Made by a program: the position numbers and the translations under genes
Notes under the pieces: generated by a model
The model's database searches: none
Seen by the model: only the letters and a program-made list of their open reading frames with translations
What the model was told of the DNA's origin: nothing
Shown here: positions 54,370 to 63,999 of the stretch, piece by piece
Layout: the number at the start of each line of letters is the position of its first letter
Numbering within the stretch: the first letter of the stretch is position 1
Origin: a virus
Length of the DNA stretch: 64,000 nucleotides
Virus record (IMG/VR): IMGVR_UViG_3300006793_000015
Coordinates: 32,001-96,000 of that record
Direction: 5' to 3' (one strand)

Positions 54370-55509
54370 GTGAAAATCAAATTAATATTACTTAAAAATA
54401 CAGATAAGAATTGCGAGCAGATTGCTGATAGATTGTTTGACTTTACAGAATTTTGTGTTCAGCAAAGATATCCTATACACTCACAAGACGACACAGATCC
54501 TATTACTATTGCAGACGAAGATTATATTTTTGTTATAAAAGCGGGGCATGTGTTTTGGGACAGATCAATTTTTGATCAGTGTATAGAAGAATCTACCGAA
54601 GCAGTAATGGGAAACGAAAACTGGTTTCTAATTAATTGTAAATTACTTGAAGTAGATCCGGTAGAAGCACAGTTACGTTTCGAAGCAAACTTCTACGGTG
54701 ATTGGTATAGCAAATCTATACTAGATTCATATGTAAGCAATAGACCAACAAAAACATTTTCTAACAAGATAGAAACACTAAAAGCATTTTGTTATCCTGA
54801 AACTTACTATAGCGAAGTAGAACAATTAATGGAAAACTTGGATTATCCTGTTCCTAAAAAGATAGAACCGTTTGCGTTTGAACTGCGTGAAGCCGCAAGA
54901 AATTTAAAAGATGGTTACTATATTATAAACACAGAAGAAGTTAATACATCACATAAGATTGAAAATAAGTTTGACAACTATATGGGAGTCTGTGGCGGAT
55001 TAAAAACTTATATTTTATTAGGACAAGATTATTTTACAGATGATACAACTGTACTAATGTTTGATATTAGTCCTGCGGCAATAAAATGGCAACAATATTT
55101 AAGAAACAACTGGGACGGCGAAGTAGAATCTTTTAAACAAGTAACAAATAAGTTTATAGACGCAAATCCAAACTTAGTAGGAATACAAGATGGAGATCGC
55201 ACAATTGAAAAATATATTAGTGAAAATAATATTACACAAGAAGATTTAAAACAGTATTGGAATAAGTTTTTAAGTTTAAATGTAGAGTATAAACAATTAG
55301 ATCTCTTTAATAACAAGCATATTGAACAACTATTAAAGCATACAGAAGGCAAACATAATACATATTTTTGGCTCAGCAATTGCTTTCAAATGGAACGCTT
55401 AGTATTTCAATATGGATCACACATTAATTTACAAGATAAGTTTATAAAACGCTTCAGAGAAGGGTCTAGTTCAACGTGCGTTTTTGATATATCCGCGGAT
55501 TTATTTTAA
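54370..55509 (+). CDS. Hypothetical protein (379 aa), possibly SAM-dependent/Rossmann-like C-terminal half
   Basis: AT-rich non-structural composition; YMGVCGG...VLMFDISPAAI...QLDLF pattern only weakly suggests a methyltransferase fold. Confidence 0.5.
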   Translation: MKIKLILLKNTDKNCEQIADRLFDFTEFCVQQRYPIHSQDDTDPITIADEDYIFVIKAGHVFWDRSIFDQCIEESTEAVMGNENWFLINCKLLEVDPVEAQLRFEANFYGDWYSKSILDSYVSNRPTKTFSNKIETLKAFCYPETYYSEVEQLMENLDYPVPKKIEPFAFELREAARNLKDGYYIINTEEVNTSHKIENKFDNYMGVCGGLKTYILLGQDYFTDDTTVLMFDISPAAIKWQQYLRNNWDGEVESFKQVTNKFIDANPNLVGIQDGDRTIEKYISENNITQEDLKQYWNKFLSLNVEYKQLDLFNNKHIEQLLKHTEGKHNTYFWLSNCFQMERLVFQYGSHINLQDKFIKRFREGSSSTCVFDISADLF

Positions 55510-55784
55510 AAATAATATGCTACTATAACTATTTTTATTAGGCAAAATAGTTATTCTAGGCACTTTAAGTAGCGATTATGTGCTAACACTAAATCATCAA
55601 AAATACATTTAAATACTCGCATACTATATATGCTCGAGCATATAGATGACCTTTATATATTTTTTCGAGATGAAATATGAAGGAATTGTCTGTCATTGGC
55701 AGACGAGATCATTCCACAATATGTATATATGGTATATGATAGTCTTCTGAAGGAAGACTTTAAACAGGAATGGAGAAATAATAA

Positions 55785-58700
55785 ATGGCTTTAACTAGAA
55801 TAGATACCGATCAGTTATCAGATGGTGCCGTAACCAACGTTAAGATCGCAGCCGATGCCGCAATTGTCGGTAGTAAATTGGCAGACGACTTAACATACGG
55901 ATCCAACTTAACTGTATCAGGTAACCTAACAGTTAACGGTACAACAACAACAGTTGATACCACAAACATGTCTATTGAAGATCCTCTATTAGTATTCAGT
56001 GCAAACGCAACTGGGTCCGCTACAGCAGACGCTGGTTTCGTTGTAGAGCGTGGTGACGACGCAAACGTAGGTTTCATCTGGGATGAATCTGCAGATGAGT
56101 TTGTCGCTATTACAACAACAGAAACTGGTGGCACAGCAGGTAACGTCACAGTATCAGCATATGCTGACATTCAAGTTGCTGATATTACAGCAGTAAATAT
56201 CGCAGGTACATTGTCAACTGCAACGCAAAACAGCGTTACAACAATGACTGGTTTAACAACAACTGGCACCATTGGTACAGGTACTTGGGAAGCAACAGAC
56301 GTTGGCGTATCACACGGTGGTACAGGTAGTTCAACCGCTTCAGGCGCACGAACAAACCTAGGCGTTGCTATTGGCTCAGACGTACAAGCATGGGACGCTC
56401 AATTAGATGATATCGCAGCTCTAGCCGTAACAGACGGTAACATTATCGTAGGTGATGGTTCTAACTGGGTTGCTGAATCAGGTGCAACAGCAAGAACATC
56501 ACTTGGTGTAGCAATTGGCTCAAACGTACAAGCATGGGATGCTCAATTAGACGACATTGCAGCTCTAACCCCAACAGATAGCAACATCATCGTTGGTGAT
56601 GGCACTAACTGGGTAGCAGAGACAGGTGCAACAGCAAGAACATCACTTGGTGTAGCAATTGGTACAGACGTACAAGCATATGATGCAGAACTAGCAGCTA
56701 TTGCTGGTTTAACATCAGCTGCCGACAAAGGTATTCAATTTACAGGCTCAGGTACAGCCGCAACTTACGACTTAACAGCCGCAGGTAAAGCACTACTTGA
56801 TGATGCAAACGCAGCCGCTCAATTAGTAACACTAGGCTTAACAGCAACAGCCGCTGAACTTAATACTTTAGATGATATCGCTTCAACAACAGCAGAGTTG
56901 AATATCGTAGACGGCGACACAGCCGCAACATCAACAACACTTGCTGATGCAGATCGTGTTGTAGTAAACGATGGCGGTACAATGGTACAAGTGGCTCTAA
57001 CAGACTTCGAAGTTTACTTTGAATCTGCACTAGATACACTAAACAATGTAACATCAGCAAGTTCACTAGCAACAGTAGGTACAATCACTTCAGGTACATG
57101 GAACGGTACATCAATTGCTGATGCATACGTTGACAATGACCTAACAATTAGTGGTGGTACAGTAAACAGTTCAGTAATTGGTGGAGTAACACCAGCAGCT
57201 GGTACATTTACAACATTAACAGCCAACGATCAGTTGGTAGTAGCCGCCGGCGCAACAATTACCGGTGATACAACAGATGAGATTACACTAGCAGTTAAAG
57301 GTGTAGGCTCACAAACAGCAAACTTAATAACTGTCGAAATTAGCGATGGTACAGATAAGTTTACAATCGCAGCCGACGGTTCAGTCGTAATTGCACAAGA
57401 CTTAACACTTGCTTCAGGTGCAACAGTCACAGCAATCCTAGACGAAGACAATATGGCAAGCGATAGTGCAACATCATTAGCAACACAACAATCTATCAAA
57501 GCATACGTTGACGACCAGGTCGGTGCATCCGCACTGGACATTGCTGGTGACTCTGGCACAGACACAGTAACAGTTGGCACAGATACACTAACATTTGATG
57601 GTGGTGCAAACATTACATCAGTGGCTACAGATAATCAAATATCTTATGCACTTGATGCAGACGTTACTGGCTTGACATCATTGGTAGTTGATGATTTAAC
57701 ATTAGATGGTTCAAGCATTACAAACGGTAGTGGTAATATTACACTTAGTGCCAACGGTGGCGCAGGTGACGTTATTATTACTGGTGACTTAACAGTTAAC
57801 GGTACAACAACAACAGTTAACTCTACAGTTACAACACTCGACGATCCAATTATGACATTGGGTGGTGATACAGCTGGTTTAGATGATGACAAAGACCGCG
57901 GTGTTGAATTTAAATGGCACAACGGTGTAACAGCAAAAGTTGGTTTCTTCGGTTACGATGATTCCGCAAGCAAGTTTACATTTATTCCAGATGCAACAAT
58001 CACTAGTGAAGTAGCAGCTGGTACAGCAGGTGACGTAATCTTTGGTAGCATCGAAGGTACTATTGCAACTGCAACACAAAACAGCATCACAACAATGACT
58101 GGCTTAACAACAACTGGTACAATTGGAACTGGTGTTTGGGAAGCAACAGATGTTGGCGTAGCACATGGTGGTACAGGCGCATCAAATGCATCTGACGCCC
58201 GTGATAACTTAGGCCTAACAATTGGTACAAACGTACAGGCATGGGATGCACAGTTAGATGACATCGCAGCTCTAGCAGTAACAGATGGTAACATCATCGT
58301 TGGTGATGGCACTAAATGGGTAGCAGAGTCAGGTGCAACAGCAAGAGCATCACTTGGTGTAACAATCGGTACAAATGTACAAGCATGGGATGCACAGTTG
58401 GATGATATCGCAGCTCTAGCAGTAACTGACGGCAACATTATTGTTGGTGACGGTACTAACTGGGTAGCAGAGTCAGGCGCAACAGCAAGAACATCACTTG
58501 GTGTAGCAATTGGTTCAGATGTACAGGCATATGATGCAGAGTTAGCCGCAATCGCAGGCCTAACATCAGCTGCTGATAAAGGTATCCAGTTTACTGGTTC
58601 CGGCACAGCCGCAACATATGACTTAACATCCGCAGGTAAAGCGTTGTTAGACGACGCTAACGCCGCCGCCCAACGTACAACAATGGGTGTAGCAATTGGT

Positions 58701-60479
58701 TCAGATGTACAGGCATGGGATGCCCAACTAGACGATATCGCAGCTCTAACTCCAACAGATAGCAACATCATCGTAGGTGATGGTTCTAACTGGGTAGCAG
58801 AAACAGGAGCAACAGCACGAACATCACTAGGTTTAACCATTGGTACAGATGTACAAGCATATGACGCAGAACTAGCCGCTATCGCAGGTCTAACTTCAGC
58901 AGCCGATAAAGGTATCCAGTTTACTGGTTCCGGAACAGCCGCAGTATATGACCTAACAGCAGCCGGTAAAGCACTTCTAGATGACGCTAATGCCGCCGCT
59001 CAGTTGGTAACATTAGGTTTGACAGCAACTGCCGCCGAAATTAACGTACTAGATGATATCACATCAACAACAGCAGAACTAAACATTGTTGACGGTGATA
59101 CAGCTGCAACATCAACAACATTAGCAGACGCAGATCGTGTAGTTGTTAACGACAACGGTACAATGGTTCAAGTAGCATTAACAGATTTCGAGACATACTT
59201 CGAAACAGCACTTGATACATTGAACAACGTTACATCAGCAAGTTCACTAGCAACTGTAGGTACAATTACTTCAGGTACATGGAATGCTGACGTTATTGGC
59301 GTACAGTACGGTGGTACAGGTGCCGCAACTTTAACATCCAACAGCCTACTAACAGGTAATGGTACATCAGCAGTACAAGCAGAAGCAAACATCACATATG
59401 ATGGCACAACATTCGGTGTTGATGACGCCGCAGTCTTTAACGAGAGTGCAGGTGACAACGACTTCCGTATTGAATCTGTAAACAGTGCTAATATGTTTTA
59501 TGTTGATGCAAGTGTAGACTCAGTTGGTTTATTAACCGCAACACCTAACGCAGGTACAGTACTTGACATGAGTGCTTCAACAGAATCATTCTTGTTACCA
59601 AAAGGTACAACAGTACAGCGTCCAGGTTCACCAGTAGCAGGTATGATGCGTTATCACTCAGATGACAACGTATTTGAATTCTACAATGGTACAGAGTGGA
59701 AACAAACAACAACAGAGTTCACAATTGTACAAAGTGAAACATACACAGGTGATGGTAGCACAACTGCATTCACAGGCTTAAACGCTGATCTAACAACTAA
59801 TAGTTGTTTAGTAACTGTAAACGGTGTTGTACAATTACCAACAGCCGCTTACGCTATTTCAGGAACAACAATTACATTTACAGAGGCACCAGCCACTGGC
59901 GATGCAATTGAAATTCGTGAATTTACTACAACACAAACTATTACACGTTTAGAAGATGCTGACGGTGACACCAAGATCCAAGTAGAAGAGTCTTCAGACG
60001 AGGACGTAATCCGCTTTGACGTAGCAGGAAGCCAAATTGCTTATATGGATGGAACTGGTTTGGTTCTTTCATCAGGCACTTTCCAAGGTACAGCAACATC
60101 AGCACAATATGCTGACTTGGCAGAACGTTACACAAGTGACACAATCTATGAGCCAGGTACTGTTGTTTCCTTCGGCGGCGACGCAGAAGTAACAATGTCT
60201 ACTGAGTCCATGGATTCACGTATTGCAGGTGTAGTATCCACAAACCCAGGTTTCTTAATGAACGACGGTCTAGAGGGTACAAACGTAGCAGTAGCACTAA
60301 CAGGTCGTGTACCTGTTAAGGTAACAGGCACAATCCGTAAAGGTGACATGCTAGTTTCCGCAGGCGAAGGTTACGCAAAAGCAGAAGCAAATCCACGTTT
60401 AGGATCAGTAATTGGTAAAGCACTTGAAGACTTTAACGGTGTTTCAGGTATTATCGAGGTAGTTGTAGGTAGACTATAA
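55785..60479 (+). CDS. Long tail fibre-like protein (1,564 aa) with internal repeats and C-terminal IMC/peptidase G2-like domain
   Basis: 48-aa and ~62-aa repeats; ATSAQYADLAE...VALTGRVPVKV...IGKALE C-terminus. Confidence 0.8.
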   Translation: MALTRIDTDQLSDGAVTNVKIAADAAIVGSKLADDLTYGSNLTVSGNLTVNGTTTTVDTTNMSIEDPLLVFSANATGSATADAGFVVERGDDANVGFIWDESADEFVAITTTETGGTAGNVTVSAYADIQVADITAVNIAGTLSTATQNSVTTMTGLTTTGTIGTGTWEATDVGVSHGGTGSSTASGARTNLGVAIGSDVQAWDAQLDDIAALAVTDGNIIVGDGSNWVAESGATARTSLGVAIGSNVQAWDAQLDDIAALTPTDSNIIVGDGTNWVAETGATARTSLGVAIGTDVQAYDAELAAIAGLTSAADKGIQFTGSGTAATYDLTAAGKALLDDANAAAQLVTLGLTATAAELNTLDDIASTTAELNIVDGDTAATSTTLADADRVVVNDGGTMVQVALTDFEVYFESALDTLNNVTSASSLATVGTITSGTWNGTSIADAYVDNDLTISGGTVNSSVIGGVTPAAGTFTTLTANDQLVVAAGATITGDTTDEITLAVKGVGSQTANLITVEISDGTDKFTIAADGSVVIAQDLTLASGATVTAILDEDNMASDSATSLATQQSIKAYVDDQVGASALDIAGDSGTDTVTVGTDTLTFDGGANITSVATDNQISYALDADVTGLTSLVVDDLTLDGSSITNGSGNITLSANGGAGDVIITGDLTVNGTTTTVNSTVTTLDDPIMTLGGDTAGLDDDKDRGVEFKWHNGVTAKVGFFGYDDSASKFTFIPDATITSEVAAGTAGDVIFGSIEGTIATATQNSITTMTGLTTTGTIGTGVWEATDVGVAHGGTGASNASDARDNLGLTIGTNVQAWDAQLDDIAALAVTDGNIIVGDGTKWVAESGATARASLGVTIGTNVQAWDAQLDDIAALAVTDGNIIVGDGTNWVAESGATARTSLGVAIGSDVQAYDAELAAIAGLTSAADKGIQFTGSGTAATYDLTSAGKALLDDANAAAQRTTMGVAIGSDVQAWDAQLDDIAALTPTDSNIIVGDGSNWVAETGATARTSLGLTIGTDVQAYDAELAAIAGLTSAADKGIQFTGSGTAAVYDLTAAGKALLDDANAAAQLVTLGLTATAAEINVLDDITSTTAELNIVDGDTAATSTTLADADRVVVNDNGTMVQVALTDFETYFETALDTLNNVTSASSLATVGTITSGTWNADVIGVQYGGTGAATLTSNSLLTGNGTSAVQAEANITYDGTTFGVDDAAVFNESAGDNDFRIESVNSANMFYVDASVDSVGLLTATPNAGTVLDMSASTESFLLPKGTTVQRPGSPVAGMMRYHSDDNVFEFYNGTEWKQTTTEFTIVQSETYTGDGSTTAFTGLNADLTTNSCLVTVNGVVQLPTAAYAISGTTITFTEAPATGDAIEIREFTTTQTITRLEDADGDTKIQVEESSDEDVIRFDVAGSQIAYMDGTGLVLSSGTFQGTATSAQYADLAERYTSDTIYEPGTVVSFGGDAEVTMSTESMDSRIAGVVSTNPGFLMNDGLEGTNVAVALTGRVPVKVTGTIRKGDMLVSAGEGYAKAEANPRLGSVIGKALEDFNGVSGIIEVVVGRL
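56346..59285 (+). repeat. Intragenic repeats: 144-nt unit A x5, ~186-nt unit B x3, ~280-nt unit C x2 (AABC ... AABABC)
   Basis: A=ARTSLGVAIGSDVQAWDAQLDDIAAL...NWVAESGAT starting near 56346, 56490, 58197, 58341, 58671; B near 56634, 58485, 58815. Confidence 0.9.
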
Positions 60480-60521
60480 GTTGTTATATTAATAAGTTTA
60501 ACTTACATTATTAAGTTGTAC

Positions 60522-60552
60522 AGTGAGGGGGACGAAAGTCCCCCTTACTTTT
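60522..60552 (+). terminator. Rho-independent terminator
   Basis: AGTGAGGGGGAC-GAAA-GTCCCCCTTACT then TTT. Confidence 0.88.
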
Positions 60553-60592
60553 CTTATTAAAATAAATACAGTATACACAGGAGGCTTATGCT

Positions 60593-61348
60593 TTGGCAAA
60601 GATAGAAATCGCACGTTATTTAGAAGATTATGATGGTGAATATGTTGTGTCTGGTATTGTTGTAAAAAATGGTAGACGACACCAAGATAGATATTGGATT
60701 CCAAATATGATATCGAACAGTGATCATAAAAAACATGCGTTTGTTGTCGGCAATGGTGTTTCCCGCACGTCAATGAGTACGTTTAGATTAAGTTTTCTTA
60801 CCAATTCCGGCGGCGGCCATTTAGGAAAACACAAAGCACAATGTTATGGATGTAATGCTGTATATAGAGATTGGAACCCTGATTTTTTAGTATGTACAAA
60901 TGATAAAATGGTCGACGATATTGTTGAAGAAGGTTACGCAGAAAATAATGTAGTTTTTGGAAGAGCAACCTCTTTATTAAAGTATCCAGAATATGTATCT
61001 CTTATTCCGCATGATCCGAGAATGAACTGCGGCGCAACAGCAACATATCTCGCTTGTTTTCACGGACATACAACAATTTATCTATTAGGGTTTGATAATC
61101 AACCAAACTCAAAATCCACAAATAATAACGTATACGCAGGATCAAAACATTATGCTCCAGTTACTGAAAATTCTGGAGATGAAGTTTGGCGCAATAACAT
61201 GTCAAAAGTGTTTAACACTTATAAAGATGTAGAGTTTATTAGAGTAACTACAGAAGGCATGGAAGGTGAAATGCCAGACGAGTGGAAATGGCACAGAAAT
61301 TTAAGACAAATTAGTTTAAAAAAGTTTTTTATCGAAGCAGATATTTAA
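60593..61348 (+). CDS. Sialyltransferase/MAF(MptE)-like glycosyltransferase-fold protein
   Basis: AFVVGNGVSR, YGCNAVYRD..PDFLV, G..A.YLA...IYLLGFD motifs; TTG start 8 nt after AGGAGG. Confidence 0.6.
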   Translation: MAKIEIARYLEDYDGEYVVSGIVVKNGRRHQDRYWIPNMISNSDHKKHAFVVGNGVSRTSMSTFRLSFLTNSGGGHLGKHKAQCYGCNAVYRDWNPDFLVCTNDKMVDDIVEEGYAENNVVFGRATSLLKYPEYVSLIPHDPRMNCGATATYLACFHGHTTIYLLGFDNQPNSKSTNNNVYAGSKHYAPVTENSGDEVWRNNMSKVFNTYKDVEFIRVTTEGMEGEMPDEWKWHRNLRQISLKKFFIEADI

Positions 61349-61767
61349 ATTGTATCTACTATTACTTTAATTTTATCTTTTATAGAATCTAATTTTAGTG
61401 TTGAAAAAACACCAGGGTGTAATGGAGCAGGCCATCCTTCCATCGATACCCAAGCATACCCACAATGTTCGCTATTAAGATTTGGCATAAATTCTTTTTC
61501 GATGATTAATATAAACGTATGATAACAAAAATTACCGTCGTCAGAAGTAAATAATTCTATAGGAATAGTTTTTTCTATGTCTATTTGTATTCCTAATTCT
61601 TCGTTTATTTCTCTTTCCAAACCGCCAATAATAGTTTCGTTTGATTCTATTTTACCGCCAGGAAATCCCCATTTGTTTTTATACTTTGTATCATCTCTTA
61701 GTAAAAATAGGAAACGCTTTGTACTGCGGCAATAGAAAATACCACCAGCACCAATAACTTTTTTCAT
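61345..61767 (-). CDS. NUDIX hydrolase
   Basis: GGKIESNETIIGGLEREINEELG Nudix box. Confidence 0.9.
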   Translation of the reverse strand: MKKVIGAGGIFYCRSTKRFLFLLRDDTKYKNKWGFPGGKIESNETIIGGLEREINEELGIQIDIEKTIPIELFTSDDGNFCYHTFILIIEKEFMPNLNSEHCGYAWVSMEGWPAPLHPGVFSTLKLDSIKDKIKVIVDTI

Positions 61768-61789
61768 AGTAATACTTATTGGATAGAAG

Positions 61790-63250
61790 TTATGGTAATA
61801 ATAAAATGGACCATAAGCCAGCAGTGTACTCGCCTTCGTATGATTTAATCCACTCTCCAGTATTCGTTGGCATGTCTTCGTTTATAGCGCCAGTCCACTT
61901 ATATTGAATTCCTGTTTTTGTATTAGATACATAATGAATTCCATTATTAGCACTAGCATCAAAGTCAACAGACCAATCAGTTCCGTCATATTGAATAATA
62001 TCAAACTTATTTGCTACTAAACCAACACCTGCAGGTCCTTTCCAACCATCAGCGCCGTCTGTGTTATCCGCATCACCGATATCTTCTAATATTAGATAAC
62101 GCTGGCCAGTAGTTGCAGCTGGTAATCCAGCACCTGGTACATTTTTAAGAGGGTTAATAATTGCGTTAATAGCCGTTTGCGTGTTTGCTGGTATAGTATC
62201 CGCATCTACAGTAAAGTTTAATACATAATCATCATCCGGATCGTATTCTACTGTACCAACAATCTCTGAGAAGTCATCAACACCGCCTGTTGTGTTTTGG
62301 AAGTTAGTTAATAGTTTTACCTGGCTAATGCCTTCTTTAAGATCACCAAATTGTGCAATAACTTTTTTCCATGGAATATCCACACCATATTTTACAGGAA
62401 CATGATCAAACGTAACATCCTCTTTTGTATCACCACTAATAGGTTCACCAACACTTAATGCTTTTAGTTCGCCGTTTAGTAACAATACACCATAATTTAG
62501 CGGCGTAAAGTATTGTCTACTACCCATTAGTTTTGTTTCATCAAGGACACTATCTGCTAAGTTACCACTGCCATCGAATATACCCATAACAACTTTGGAA
62601 ATAACACCAAGTCGTTTAATAATAGCAGGTGGATTAACCCAAACAGGAATCTCAAAAGTTAGTGTAGCAATATCAATTTGATCTTCAGTTCCTACTGGAA
62701 CTGTTCTATTACTAAATGAGATGTCAGTTAACTCTACGTATGAAATAGAAGTCCAATCAACATAGTTGTCTGTTGTTTGAATTTCTAAACTTGGATTAAA
62801 CATGTAAAATAATTGCTCAGTAAGTTGTAACTTTTGTTCCATATTACTGGTCCATATATCGGCATTTACTGTTAGTTTATACGGACTTGGCATACTTCTC
62901 TCAATAGTATAACTATCTCCAGGACCGGCTGTATACGTTCCTGTGTCTTTATCGTAAAAGCGTTCTTTAATATGAACTTTGTCTACATGAGATGGAGACA
63001 TAACTCGGTCACGGTCATATTGTACGCCTGTAATATAGCATGATACTCGTGGAACTGTATTAAGAGCGTTCTCACTATTTTTACGAACAATACTTGCTAC
63101 CTGACGGGAAATATCACCGTAAGTTACTGGAACTCTTATTAACGCAGAGTTACCATCTGAATCTTTTCCAGTTTCAACATAAAAGTGAGATAAGAGACGA
63201 ATAAATTGAGCCATATATCGTCTTATCTGACCGTCGTAATAGAAATCCAT
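61790..63250 (-). CDS. gp15: Tail sheath stabiliser/terminator, T4 gp15-like, with C-terminal extension
   Basis: FYYDGQIRRY, VPVTYG, PSPYKL..DIW..EQKLQLTEQ..FNP; follows gp14. Confidence 0.8.
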   Translation of the reverse strand: MDFYYDGQIRRYMAQFIRLLSHFYVETGKDSDGNSALIRVPVTYGDISRQVASIVRKNSENALNTVPRVSCYITGVQYDRDRVMSPSHVDKVHIKERFYDKDTGTYTAGPGDSYTIERSMPSPYKLTVNADIWTSNMEQKLQLTEQLFYMFNPSLEIQTTDNYVDWTSISYVELTDISFSNRTVPVGTEDQIDIATLTFEIPVWVNPPAIIKRLGVISKVVMGIFDGSGNLADSVLDETKLMGSRQYFTPLNYGVLLLNGELKALSVGEPISGDTKEDVTFDHVPVKYGVDIPWKKVIAQFGDLKEGISQVKLLTNFQNTTGGVDDFSEIVGTVEYDPDDDYVLNFTVDADTIPANTQTAINAIINPLKNVPGAGLPAATTGQRYLILEDIGDADNTDGADGWKGPAGVGLVANKFDIIQYDGTDWSVDFDASANNGIHYVSNTKTGIQYKWTGAINEDMPTNTGEWIKSYEGEYTAGLWSILLLP

Positions 63251-63999
63251 TATTCTTCATCCTCTCTTGCACGTAGTACATTAGATAAACTTTGTTTTGA
63301 ATCAAGTTTTGTTCCATCAGCTAATGTAATAGAAGTTTTGTCATTGAAGTTTTTAGTTTTATAAGTGTAGCGGTCTGTATAATTAGTAATCTGCATACGC
63401 ACATTATCTTCAACATATACCCACTTCTTGCCGTTAAAAATATACAGTCTATTGGGCATGTAATCCACTCGCAATACGTATTCTCCCTTTACAGGAGTAG
63501 CAGGGAAACTTGTTAGTGTTAATACCGGCGCACCGTTTGGAGGTATACCATCGCCAGACAAATAGTGATCAATTTTCTCAACAGGCATTCCGTAAAATAC
63601 ATCAGCACTTTCTTTTCCGGCATCAGTTGTTACTTCGCCCTCGTCTGCGGTTACTAGTAAAATGGATCCGTCTTCTTCAGCAGGAGCAATCCAAAAACGT
63701 GTTGTGTCATAACCACTTCTTCCATCAACTACATCTTGTACGTAAGGTGCCATTGCTTCTGCTTGCTGTACTATGGCATCGTTAATTTCTAAATTCTTAC
63801 TGTAATCACTAAGCAGGCTTTTTAGTGTATCATCTGTTCCGTCTACTCCCGCTGTAATGTCACCAATAATATCTCTATATTCTTGTGCATCAACTAGTGG
63901 TGTACATTTTACACGCCATAAGTGCGGATACCATGTTTGACTGAAGCCTTCAGACGCTCTACTACCGTCTTGGATTACGTAATATCTTTTTAAACTTTC
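63250..63999 (-). CDS. gp14: Neck protein, T4 gp14-like (5'-truncated by window edge)
   Basis: Frame is open from the window end (ESLKRYYVIQDGSRASEGFSQTWYPHLWRVKCTPLVDAQEY...) into the listed 167-aa ORF; directly upstream of gp15-like gene. Confidence 0.7.
   Translation of the reverse strand, partial: ESLKRYYVIQDGSRASEGFSQTWYPHLWRVKCTPLVDAQEYRDIIGDITAGVDGTDDTLKSLLSDYSKNLEINDAIVQQAEAMAPYVQDVVDGRSGYDTTRFWIAPAEEDGSILLVTADEGEVTTDAGKESADVFYGMPVEKIDHYLSGDGIPPNGAPVLTLTSFPATPVKGEYVLRVDYMPNRLYIFNGKKWVYVEDNVRMQITNYTDRYTYKTKNFNDKTSITLADGTKLDSKQSLSNVLRAREDEE

Noticed and set aside
56346-59285. Possible CRISPR array or DGR template/variable repeats
   Set aside because: Repeats are in-frame coding units with third-position variation, no unique spacers, no adenine-specific pattern noticed and no reverse transcriptase or cas gene in the window
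6539-60349. Many 60-295 aa antisense ORFs inside structural genes (e.g. 57953..58840)
   Set aside because: Shadow ORFs caused by codon bias of Thr/Ala/Gly/Val-rich sense genes
60588-60605. Out-of-frame mini-ORF MLWQR overlapping the TTG start at 60593
   Set aside because: Its ATG is only 3 nt from the SD while the TTG is optimally spaced; no evidence of regulatory use
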